Assembly (NCBI GenBank): GCA_016176555.1
Contig: JACOWY010000002.1
Span: 1-49,755 of the forward strand
From: Candidatus Chisholmbacteria bacterium
GTDB lineage: Bacteria; Patescibacteriota; Microgenomatia; UBA1400; JACOWY01
Direction of reading: 5' to 3'
DNA length: 49,755 nt
In this document: positions 42,401 through 49,755 of the stretch, one piece after another
Numbering within the stretch: position 1 is the stretch's first letter
How the letters are laid out: each line of letters starts with the position of its first letter
The notes under the pieces: generated by a model
Seen by the model: the letters and a program-made list of their open reading frames with translations, nothing else
Databases searched by the model: none
Told to the model about the DNA's origin: nothing
Program-made: the position numbers and the translations under genes

Positions 42401-42579
42401 AGGCCTCCTGTAATTTAAAGGCCTGCACGACAAAAGAGAACCAGGGATTTACTGGTCTTTCGGGGAAAGTAGTCGGAGCTTAGGTACTGTCATAAAAAGC
42501 TTCATGAAGACTTTTTCCTTTATTGTCGTGCAGCTAATTTCTACTGGTATTTTACCCTGGAAATCCGCCGAGGTCAACG

Positions 42580-43032
42580 TCACCTTTGTGGCTTGATCAC
42601 TTGACTAATGGTATCCCAAGAAAAACCACGACTGGCGAGAAAGCGAATGACTTTGGCTCTGTTTTGAGAGAGATCTCGATTGGCGTATTTTTTCTGTAGA
42701 GCCAGGCTGGCGCGGGTTTTCTCTGTTGCGGTTGAGGTGTCAATAGCTGCTTCAATAATGGCGCGGTCGACTCCTTTTTGCCGCAACTCTAGTTTCAGAA
42801 TGCGGCTTGAGCGCGGCCGGTGTTTGTCTCTGACTTCCTGCCACCACAAACAAAACTCCTGGTCATCGAGGAGTTTCATGTCTTTTAAAGTGTTAATGAT
42901 GGTGTCAATTTCTGCGGCGGGAATTTGTTTGCGTTTGAGGCGGAGGCGAATTTCGGCTTCTGAGCGAGGACGATAGGAGAGGAGGTTGACGGCGTAGTCG
43001 AGAAGTTTGGGTGAGGGATTAGGGTTGGGCAC
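42580..43032 (-). CDS. recX: recombination regulator RecX
   Basis: 150 aa with the three-helix repeat pattern ([20 protein letters not shown]). It overlaps the recA 3' end by 14 nt. Confidence 0.85.
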   Translation of the reverse strand: MPNPNPSPKLLDYAVNLLSYRPRSEAEIRLRLKRKQIPAAEIDTIINTLKDMKLLDDQEFCLWWQEVRDKHRPRSSRILKLELRQKGVDRAIIEAAIDTSTATEKTRASLALQKKYANRDLSQNRAKVIRFLASRGFSWDTISQVIKPQR

Positions 43033-44089
43033 TGGGGGCAGCCTTTTGTTTAATTTGTCTCCAAATATCAGCTTCGATTTCTTTAGCCAGTCGGTGATTT
43101 TCCGAAAGTGTCACTTTGGCGGCTTCTCTGCCTTGGGCGATGACCTGATCTTTGTATTTAAGAAAGGCGCCAGATTTTTCGATGACGTTAAGGTCGGTAG
43201 CGACATCGATGATGCCACCAGTATGAGAGATGCCGCCTTCGTTCATGATGTCGAATTCGGCGGTGCGAAAGGGGGGAGCGACTTTGTTTTTGACGACTTT
43301 GACGCGATGGCGACTACCAATGATGACGTCGCCATCTTGGATGTTGCCGATTTTGCGTACATCTAGGCGCACTGAGGCATAAAACTTGAGGGCTTGGCCA
43401 CCGGTGGTAGTTTCGGGGTTGCCAAACATGACGCCGATTTTCATCCGCAGCTGATTGGTGAAGATGATGACTGTTTTGGAGCGAGAGATGGCCCCAGCGA
43501 GTTTACGCATGGCTTGGCTCATGAGGCGGGCCTGAACGCCAATGATGGAATCTCCCATCTCGCCTTCGATCTCGGCTTTAGGAACCAGCGCCGCGACAGA
43601 ATCTATACAGATGACGTCAATGCCGCCGGAGCGAATGAGGGTTTCGGTGATTTCCAAAGCTTGCTCACCAGTATCGGGCTGAGAAACCAAAAGATCGTCG
43701 ACATTGACGCCGATCCCTTCGGCGCGCTGCGGATCGAGGGCGTGTTCGGCGTCGATGAAGGCGGCGGTGCCCCCCATCTTTTGAGCTTGGGCAATGGTGT
43801 GCAGACACACGGTGGTTTTGCCTGATGCTTCGGGACCAAAGATTTCCACGATGCGGCCGCGCGGTAGACCACCGACTCCTAGGGCAATATCTAGGGCAAT
43901 GGAGCCGGTGGAAATGGTGGAGATGTGGGCGTCGGCGGCGCTACGGTCGCCCAAGCGCATGATGGAACCTTTTCCGTAGGATTTTTCGATTTGTTCCATG
44001 GCGATGCGGACGGCTTGGAGACGTTCATTAATTTTGGGGGCGGGGGCGGAGGTGGCTGGATTTATTTTTTTGGGTCGTCCTCTTGCCAT
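43019..44089 (-). CDS. recA: recombinase RecA
   Basis: [10 protein letters not shown] Walker A, IDAEHALD and [24 protein letters not shown]. The likely start is MARGRPKK at 44089. Confidence 0.95.
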   Translation of the reverse strand: MARGRPKKINPATSAPAPKINERLQAVRIAMEQIEKSYGKGSIMRLGDRSAADAHISTISTGSIALDIALGVGGLPRGRIVEIFGPEASGKTTVCLHTIAQAQKMGGTAAFIDAEHALDPQRAEGIGVNVDDLLVSQPDTGEQALEITETLIRSGGIDVICIDSVAALVPKAEIEGEMGDSIIGVQARLMSQAMRKLAGAISRSKTVIIFTNQLRMKIGVMFGNPETTTGGQALKFYASVRLDVRKIGNIQDGDVIIGSRHRVKVVKNKVAPPFRTAEFDIMNEGGISHTGGIIDVATDLNVIEKSGAFLKYKDQVIAQGREAAKVTLSENHRLAKEIEADIWRQIKQKAAPSAQP

Positions 44090-44202
44090 AGAAGCTAGCA
44101 CACTCTTACCACACAAAACCTGAAAAGACAATAGGAGTTCAGCCTCAAGTTAGCGGCCTAAATATTTGTTGACAAGATGAAAAAAGTGTTAAGATACCCT
44201 TC

Positions 44203-44946
44203 ATGACACTGTTGCTTTGGATCATTTTAGGCGTCGCCGCTTTACTGTTATTGTCGGGGCTAAAAGTTATCGATCAATATGAGCGAGGCATTGTGCTGAC
44301 TTTGGGCTCCTACTCGTATACGCTGCAGCCGGGATTGAGAGTGGTCGTGCCAATTTTCCAAAGAGTGATTAGGGTGGACATACGGATTTCCACCTCTGAT
44401 ATTCCGCAACAGGAGGTGATCACCAAAGACAATGTGCCGGTGGGGATCAATGCGGTAGTTTACTTTCAGGTGACTAAGCCAGAAGATGCGGTATTGAAGA
44501 TTCAAGACTATACTTATGCGACGACTCAGTACGCCCAAACTGCTCTAAGGGATGTCATTGGCGGAGTGGAATTGGATACCCTGCTTACCGAGCGGCAGAA
44601 GATTGCCAACGAGATAAAATCCCTTGTAGATAAGGAGACGGTTGACTGGGGCATCGACGTCACTTCAATTAAAATTCAAGACATTGAGCTGCCGGCGGAT
44701 ATGAAACGCGCCATGGCCAAACAGGCCGAAGCAGAGCGGGAGCGAAGAGCGACTATCATTCGCTCGCAAGGAGAACTGGCGGCTTCCAAAAACTTGCAAG
44801 AAGCGATGAAACAAATGGCTGGCTCGGGAGCCATTTCGCTCAGAACACTGCAGACGATTGAAGCCACGACTGCCAATCCGGCTAATACGATCGTCTTTGC
44901 CCTACCCACAGAAGTGCTTGAGGGATTGAAACGGCTTGCCCGTTAA
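44203..44946 (+). CDS. SPFH/band 7 (stomatin-like) membrane protein
   Basis: N-terminal TM helix, YERGIVLTLG, and the EAERERRA coiled-coil tail. Confidence 0.88.
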   Translation: MTLLLWIILGVAALLLLSGLKVIDQYERGIVLTLGSYSYTLQPGLRVVVPIFQRVIRVDIRISTSDIPQQEVITKDNVPVGINAVVYFQVTKPEDAVLKIQDYTYATTQYAQTALRDVIGGVELDTLLTERQKIANEIKSLVDKETVDWGIDVTSIKIQDIELPADMKRAMAKQAEAERERRATIIRSQGELAASKNLQEAMKQMAGSGAISLRTLQTIEATTANPANTIVFALPTEVLEGLKRLAR

Positions 44947-44952
44947 TTAGGT

Positions 44953-45300
44953 ATGGACTTAGCGAAACAACCTGATGATTCTCAGGTAGTGTCACGCCTT
45001 TTGGGATGGATAATTTTAGGGGCTAATATTTGGCTGGTTTATCATCTGATTATTTTTGTGGGTAAAACCAGTTTCGAAGCGGGTCTGGGCGAATACACGT
45101 ATCTAAGGAATATGTTTTATTTGGGCTACGCGTTGCTGCTTGGATTTTTCGGAATTCTCACGATTTTAGGCTACAAAGAGAAAGTGCAAAATTTTATACC
45201 TCGAATTGTCATCGGCCTCATCCTGACTACTTTCGCCTACGCTTTAGTCGGCGTAGCGATTGATAGCTATTATTGGCTCATTAGATTATTGGCGAACTAA
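44953..45300 (+). CDS. small multi-TM membrane protein
   Basis: 115 aa with 3 predicted TM helices. It starts 6 nt after the SPFH stop. Confidence 0.5.
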   Translation: MDLAKQPDDSQVVSRLLGWIILGANIWLVYHLIIFVGKTSFEAGLGEYTYLRNMFYLGYALLLGFFGILTILGYKEKVQNFIPRIVIGLILTTFAYALVGVAIDSYYWLIRLLAN

Positions 45301-46109
45301 TGGACATACGCGAACTTATTTTCCCCAATAACCACTGGGTACGTTTAGGGCTCTACTTGGTATTTATTCTCATCCTGGGTAGATTCAAATCTATGTTTAC
45401 CGCCAGAATTTTTTGGGCGGCATTTTTTTTAGTGCCAGCTGTTATCATTTTATATGGCCTTGCCACTGGAAGAGTTCAAAATGCGGGGACATGGTGGAAT
45501 ACCCTGTCATTAGTGATGGGGTTGGGCATGGGAGTATTGGGGCTATTGGTCCTTTTCCCTCAACTGGCAAAATTGTTGCCTCAACCGAAGCCAAAAAAAT
45601 GCAAAGTGTGTGGCCAGCCAGCAGATGATGTTTTTATTGTGGATGGTGGAAAAGCGGAAGGGATTTACTGCCGCCGGCACGTGATGGAAAATTTTGAGCG
45701 AGCTTTTAAAGCGTTTATGTATCCATTTGTAGTTTTTCATCCTGAGCAAGAACGAGCAGGCTGCGCGACGATGTATCCTTACTATGCTTTAGATGAAATG
45801 GTCAATAAATTTCATTTTGAAAAACAGGCCCGTGACAACGTCCAAAGGTGCATTGAGAGAATATCGGGAAAGTGTAACAAGTGTGGCGAGAATAAAGCTC
45901 AGGTCGCCTATTTTCGCAAGGGCATATTAACGTGGGCCGGTTCGGGCCCGCAGTTAGCTAAAGTGAACGCTGTGCCTCAGCTCTTATGCTTGGAGTGCAC
46001 TTTAAAACAGATCACTCCCGCATTAGCGGCGAATAAAGAACATTATTCTGATAACGGTTTGTTTGCCCCCTATAAACAAGCTGGGGTGTACGTTAATACT
46101 TACCTTTAG
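45300..46109 (+). CDS. membrane-anchored Cys-rich (zinc-ribbon-like) protein
   Basis: TAATG stop/start overlap. Three TM helices, then CKVC...C..H and CNKC...CLEC pairs. Confidence 0.5.
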   Translation: MDIRELIFPNNHWVRLGLYLVFILILGRFKSMFTARIFWAAFFLVPAVIILYGLATGRVQNAGTWWNTLSLVMGLGMGVLGLLVLFPQLAKLLPQPKPKKCKVCGQPADDVFIVDGGKAEGIYCRRHVMENFERAFKAFMYPFVVFHPEQERAGCATMYPYYALDEMVNKFHFEKQARDNVQRCIERISGKCNKCGENKAQVAYFRKGILTWAGSGPQLAKVNAVPQLLCLECTLKQITPALAANKEHYSDNGLFAPYKQAGVYVNTYL

Positions 46110-46112
46110 GAA

Positions 46113-46760
46113 TCATTTGATAGCTTGTAAAAACTCTTCAGCCAACCTCCCGGTATCGGCGCTCGCCTGATAAAACTCTTTCCACACCACTACGATGTTG
46201 GCGTCGTTAAAGACTGAGCGCTGAACTTCACGGATGGTATCGCCGCCGGCGATAGAAATCATGACGTCGTAGCTGGAGCGAATTTTGTTGATTTGTAAGT
46301 AGGGAATGGGTTTGTCTTTGTTAAAGGTTTCTTCGTCCACGCCGCGGTGCAAAATAACCACGGTGGGAAGTTTTCTGAGTTTTCTTAAAATCTTGATGGG
46401 TTGATCCACGTTCATCATATCCACCATGCTGTCGAGGCCGAACTTGGCGCAGGCGGCAATAAAGGCATTAATGGTCTCAACCGGGGCTTGACCCAAGGCA
46501 ATGGCCCCTTCGGCGCCGGCTTCTTGGGCAATGAGGGCTTCTGTCTCTCCCCTATCCATGGTTTTTAAATCGGCCACGACGTAGCCGGCCCACAACTGGC
46601 GCAGATGGCTGATGGCCTCGGCGCCATATCTTTTGATGAGGGGAGTGCCGGCTTCAAGTAAAATTCTGTCGCTTTGAGGAAGTTGGGCAATGATCCCACT
46701 CGCTTCTTCTAGGGTGTTGTTGAGGGCCACTTGTAAATATTTGACTTTGCGGTTTAACAT
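46113..46760 (-). CDS. OMP decarboxylase/HUMPS family protein, 3-hexulose-6-phosphate synthase-like
   Basis: LQVALN...LEAGTPLIKRYG...VVADLKTMDRGETEA...GGDT pattern. Confidence 0.7.
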   Translation of the reverse strand: MLNRKVKYLQVALNNTLEEASGIIAQLPQSDRILLEAGTPLIKRYGAEAISHLRQLWAGYVVADLKTMDRGETEALIAQEAGAEGAIALGQAPVETINAFIAACAKFGLDSMVDMMNVDQPIKILRKLRKLPTVVILHRGVDEETFNKDKPIPYLQINKIRSSYDVMISIAGGDTIREVQRSVFNDANIVVVWKEFYQASADTGRLAEEFLQAIK

Positions 46761-46860
46761 CTTCCATCAGATTAGATTACCTACCTTAGGATTACAAGTT
46801 TGAAAAATTGTAGGCCCAACATCAGGTTTACCAAGCATGCATGGTAGAATACTACTGCCC

Positions 46861-47082
46861 ATGAAAGCAAAATACGATCCGGTGGCTGACGCCATGTATA
46901 TTTATTTTTCGGAGAGAAAAAAGAGCACTCGAACCGAAGAGGTAAGTGAGGATATTTTGGTGGATTACTCGGGGCGCGAGATGGTGGGGATCGAAATTTT
47001 GGATGCTTCGAAAAAGCTGCCAAGGAAGAACTTGGCATCTCTCAAAACTCCTGCAATTTTTGGCACTGTTTCAGCTCATTGA
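46861..47082 (+). CDS. DUF2283 domain protein
   Basis: MKAKYDPVADAMYIYFSE...VGIEILDAS. The ATG at 46861 is preferred over 46837. Confidence 0.7.
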   Translation: MKAKYDPVADAMYIYFSERKKSTRTEEVSEDILVDYSGREMVGIEILDASKKLPRKNLASLKTPAIFGTVSAH

Positions 47083-47111
47083 GAGAGGCCTATCAACATA
47101 ATTTAAACTAT

Positions 47112-47185
47112 CGGGGAGTAGTATAGTGGTAGTACGTGCGCATGGGGTGCGCATAGCGGGAGTTCAATTCTCCCCTCCCCGACCA
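47112..47185 (+). tRNA. tRNA-Pro (anticodon GGG), CCA encoded
   Basis: The cloverleaf folds by hand. Acceptor stem is CGGGGAG/CTCCCCG. Anticodon stem is TGCGC/GCGCA with loop ATGGGGT (U33, G37). T arm is GGGAG-TTCAATT-CTCCC. Discriminator is A, followed by CCA. Confidence 0.92.
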
Positions 47186-47211
47186 ATTCGGGCCAGCCGC
47201 CATCATAATTC

Positions 47212-47919
47212 TTAATCGTGAACCACGACCCTTACCCCTGGATTATCCGAACTTGAACTCAGTGCTCCTAGGCCTTCTGGCATGGATGGCCCGGCCCAAT
47301 TATAGAGTTGCTCGGCATCGGGAATTCTAAGGTTCACACAACCGCTGCTTCTATTCTTAATGCCGAAGTCATCGTGCCAGTAGGCACCATGAATGGCATA
47401 GCCTCCGTGGAAAAAAAGGGAATAGGGGACATTTGGCAAATAGTAGTAATCTCCTCTTTCTTTTGACCCGCCTCGGTACGCTTGATTCCTTACTTTTCTC
47501 CAAACCCTAAACTCACCAGTAACAGTCTTGTATCCTGGCCTGCCTGAAGAAATTGAAAACTCAAAAACCTTTCGGTTTCCCTCCCAAGCATTGAGTCTAA
47601 AATCAGATAGGTCTACTTCGATCCATTTTTCGCTCCCATCGGCAGCAATATGGGAACCTAAAACTACCGCAGAATCTCCTGCAACAATTCTTCGGGGTTT
47701 GACGGCAAGCTTTTCATTATCAAAAACTGGGTTGCCTGCATTTTCTACCCATGCGCCAGAGCTTAATTTAACTTGTTCCAGGAAACTATCGGTTCCGTCG
47801 TGTTCTAAAGCAATTGCATCCTCGGGCAAAATCTGTTTTCTGGCCATGGAAACAAATAATATTACCAACAAAAAACCAACACCTATCCACAAATATTTAC
47901 GAGCTAGTTTACTGATCAT
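47212..47919 (-). CDS. L,D-transpeptidase (YkuD family)
   Basis: Catalytic motif HGAYWHDDFGIKNRSSGCVNL and an N-terminal TM anchor. The ATG at 47919 is preferred over the GTG at 47940. Confidence 0.85.
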   Translation of the reverse strand: MISKLARKYLWIGVGFLLVILFVSMARKQILPEDAIALEHDGTDSFLEQVKLSSGAWVENAGNPVFDNEKLAVKPRRIVAGDSAVVLGSHIAADGSEKWIEVDLSDFRLNAWEGNRKVFEFSISSGRPGYKTVTGEFRVWRKVRNQAYRGGSKERGDYYYLPNVPYSLFFHGGYAIHGAYWHDDFGIKNRSSGCVNLRIPDAEQLYNWAGPSMPEGLGALSSSSDNPGVRVVVHD

Positions 47920-48352
47920 AATAGATCTCAATCTTATCACCGTCTTTCATTAAATAATTTTCAAAATCTTGGTTTTCTTGGCCATTGACCGTCATTTTAG
48001 GGACACCGTTGGCACTAAAATCTTTTCCCCAAACCTTGAAAAAATTACCCATTTTAGTCTTCTCTATAGTGACCAAGCCGCTCATTTCCAGATGAAGAAC
48101 CCCGCTTGAGTCGTGGGTGTGGATCGGTTGATGGATGGCGCCTATACCTATATCTTTAGGAATTTCTTGCTTCTGGCCCTTGATGTAGATTGAGAGTTGG
48201 GGATGCCAATGCAACCCTCGGCGGGAAATGACTTGCTCCTCTGGTACTGAGGCCTCTGGCGACGATTGCCTGGAAAATAGCCAGGCGCCGCCTGCAAGGA
48301 TAACTAAGCTAAAGATAATGATGCCCCCGAAAATTTTGGCATTGGGACTCAT
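47909..48352 (-). CDS. membrane-anchored His-rich extracytoplasmic protein
   Basis: TM helix, then HWHPQLSIYIKGQKQEIPKDIGIG..IHTHDSSGVLHLE. ATGA coupling to the upstream ORF. Confidence 0.5.
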   Translation of the reverse strand: MSPNAKIFGGIIIFSLVILAGGAWLFSRQSSPEASVPEEQVISRRGLHWHPQLSIYIKGQKQEIPKDIGIGAIHQPIHTHDSSGVLHLEMSGLVTIEKTKMGNFFKVWGKDFSANGVPKMTVNGQENQDFENYLMKDGDKIEIYYDQ

Positions 48353-48714
48353 ACGCCACAACTACCACCCCCCTGGTTTTTAGGCAGAAGGCCGGGAATT
48401 CTGGCTATTTCTGTTTGGACATTTTGGGACCAGGGGCTCACGGCTGAGTAGTCGTAACCTAAGACTAGCCGCGCATCGACATATTCCCAGTCAGTATTGT
48501 TAGCGACTTTGAAATAAAGGGCGGTTTGAATATAGTTATGGGGAAACCAGAAAGAGTTGAAAGCTAAAGCCTCTTGATATAACTGGGCCTCAGTTAACCC
48601 TTGACTTGCCCCCAACTCAAGAAGTCCCAAAAGCGCAGAGCCATGATTACAGTCTTGGTAAAAAGTCGAGTTGTTGCAACAAGGTCGATAGGTATTTTGG
48701 GCAATCTTGGTCAC
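48349..48714 (-). CDS. Cys-rich domain protein, or the C-terminal part of the upstream ORF
   Basis: RPCCNNSTFYQDCNHG motif. Its GTG start is in the same frame as ORF 48718-49743, 3 nt after that ORF's TAG. Confidence 0.45.
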   Translation of the reverse strand: MTKIAQNTYRPCCNNSTFYQDCNHGSALLGLLELGASQGLTEAQLYQEALAFNSFWFPHNYIQTALYFKVANNTDWEYVDARLVLGYDYSAVSPWSQNVQTEIARIPGLLPKNQGGGSCGV

Positions 48715-48717
48715 TAA

Positions 48718-49755
48718 CTACTCCTGCTGGGGATTCAGTTCAACGATTCTAAATTTATTAAAATACTCGCCCCCATTTTCTTCTTGGCCTAAATTCCAGC
48801 CTCCAGTTGAAGCAAAGTTAAAGAGCGTTTTGCCATTCACCGGGCTTTGATTGTTGGTCGACATATAATTTGAGAGGCCTAATGGCCAGAGAAGGTTGAC
48901 ATAATAATTGGCATTGGCTTTTGTCAAAAGTATTGGTTGATACGAAGTCTCAATTAAAACCTCCTCAAGCTCGGGTGGAAGTCCGCCTCTGCCTTGATAA
49001 ATACCGGCGAATTTCTGCCGATCAATCACCCCCTCGGCTACAAGTTTGACCACACTGTCTCCTAAATAAATTTTACTTTGGAAGCCGGCCTCCGGTAGAA
49101 CCTTAGCGACTACCTCGCCGTAAATTGGATTATTGCCTGCTTGGACCTGGCTGGCCTCATAAAGACGGTTGTCGGCGGGATTGATAAGAGTGGTCTTCTT
49201 CGGAAATATAGAGAAAAAAATTGGATCGGTGGCAAGCAGCTTGACCGCGAGGTAGCCGAGAATCGCTATCCCAACTACGAGGGCGGCAAACCAAGATTTC
49301 TCTTTGGTTTTAAAAGAGGCATTCTTGGGGACGGGGCAAGCTTCGGCGCCACTGGCAAATCTTTTTAATTGTCTGGTGGTGACAATAAGTGGCACTGCCA
49401 TCAAGCCAAAAGAAAGCGCTTTAAGCTCCAAGCCGCCGAGGGGAAATGCAGCCAATCCGCCGGTAATACCGATGGCCGAAAGAAGAGTTGAACCACAGAC
49501 AGGACACGCCGAAGCAAAGACGCCAACGATGCTGCCCAGGCCGGTTAAGCCTCGGACCTTAAACTTGGGAAAACCGTATTTACGCAGGCGGTAAACAAAG
49601 AGAGGCACATTGATAGCAAAGAGAATCAGGGTGCCTAAGGTCAAAATGACATAGGGCCAAAAATATAAAGGCAGAGACAATGAATAATTCGTAACCAGGT
49701 TATAAATGCTGGCGTTAAGCCTCAAGCTCCAATAGAAAGCCAAAAATAGAGCCAG
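48718..49755 (-). CDS. multi-TM protein with intramembrane CxxC plus extracytoplasmic domain (5' end may lie beyond the window)
   Basis: TM segments, ASACPVCGSTLL, and a soluble C-terminal region. The frame is still open at the window edge. Confidence 0.5.
   Translation of the reverse strand: MALFLAFYWSLRLNASIYNLVTNYSLSLPLYFWPYVILTLGTLILFAINVPLFVYRLRKYGFPKFKVRGLTGLGSIVGVFASACPVCGSTLLSAIGITGGLAAFPLGGLELKALSFGLMAVPLIVTTRQLKRFASGAEACPVPKNASFKTKEKSWFAALVVGIAILGYLAVKLLATDPIFFSIFPKKTTLINPADNRLYEASQVQAGNNPIYGEVVAKVLPEAGFQSKIYLGDSVVKLVAEGVIDRQKFAGIYQGRGGLPPELEEVLIETSYQPILLTKANANYYVNLLWPLGLSNYMSTNNQSPVNGKTLFNFASTGGWNLGQEENGGEYFNKFRIVELNPQQE

Noticed and set aside
46829-46852. The palindrome TACCAAGCATGCATGGTA plus TAGAAT upstream of the DUF2283 gene could be an operator and promoter. 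DUF2283 is sometimes the antitoxin partner of DUF4258.
   Set aside because: No DUF4258-like ORF or remnant is visible nearby, and I could not identify a convincing -35 element. It is too weak to report as a TA locus.

Overview
The window looks like a gene-dense chromosomal segment from a small-genome bacterium, probably CPR/Patescibacteria-like (inferred from gene content; no search was run). Most genes are on the minus strand. Housekeeping genes include recJ, cca, secDF, rdgB, comM/yifB, uppP, miaA-miaB, hup, rny and recX-recA. A complete-looking type IV pilus block spans 19.2-29.1 kb: minor pilins, the major pilin, PilO, a PilM-PilN fusion, PilC and PilB. It sits directly downstream of a GAF histidine kinase and a Pro-rich single-domain response regulator. 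Two RNA genes are absent from the ORF track: a type-A RNase P RNA (about 33028-33364, minus strand) and tRNA-Pro(GGG) at 47112-47185. A PIN/HTH toxin-antitoxin pair and a three-gene ABC-2 transporter are also present. The least ordinary signal is at the DNA level rather than in a gene cassette. A modular family of GC-rich hairpin repeats and heptanucleotide CAAAT-core microsatellites fills the intergenic regions. At least once (miaA), and possibly also in secF, miaB and the SGNH hydrolase, these repeats lie in frame inside coding sequence. A second hairpin type has a conserved loop and covarying stems and sits at the 3' ends of minus-strand transcription units. Three genes look broken or atypical: an SGNH hydrolase frameshift, an ABC ATPase with no canonical start, and an in-frame TAG splitting an envelope protein. 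No CRISPR array, transposase or integrase was seen.
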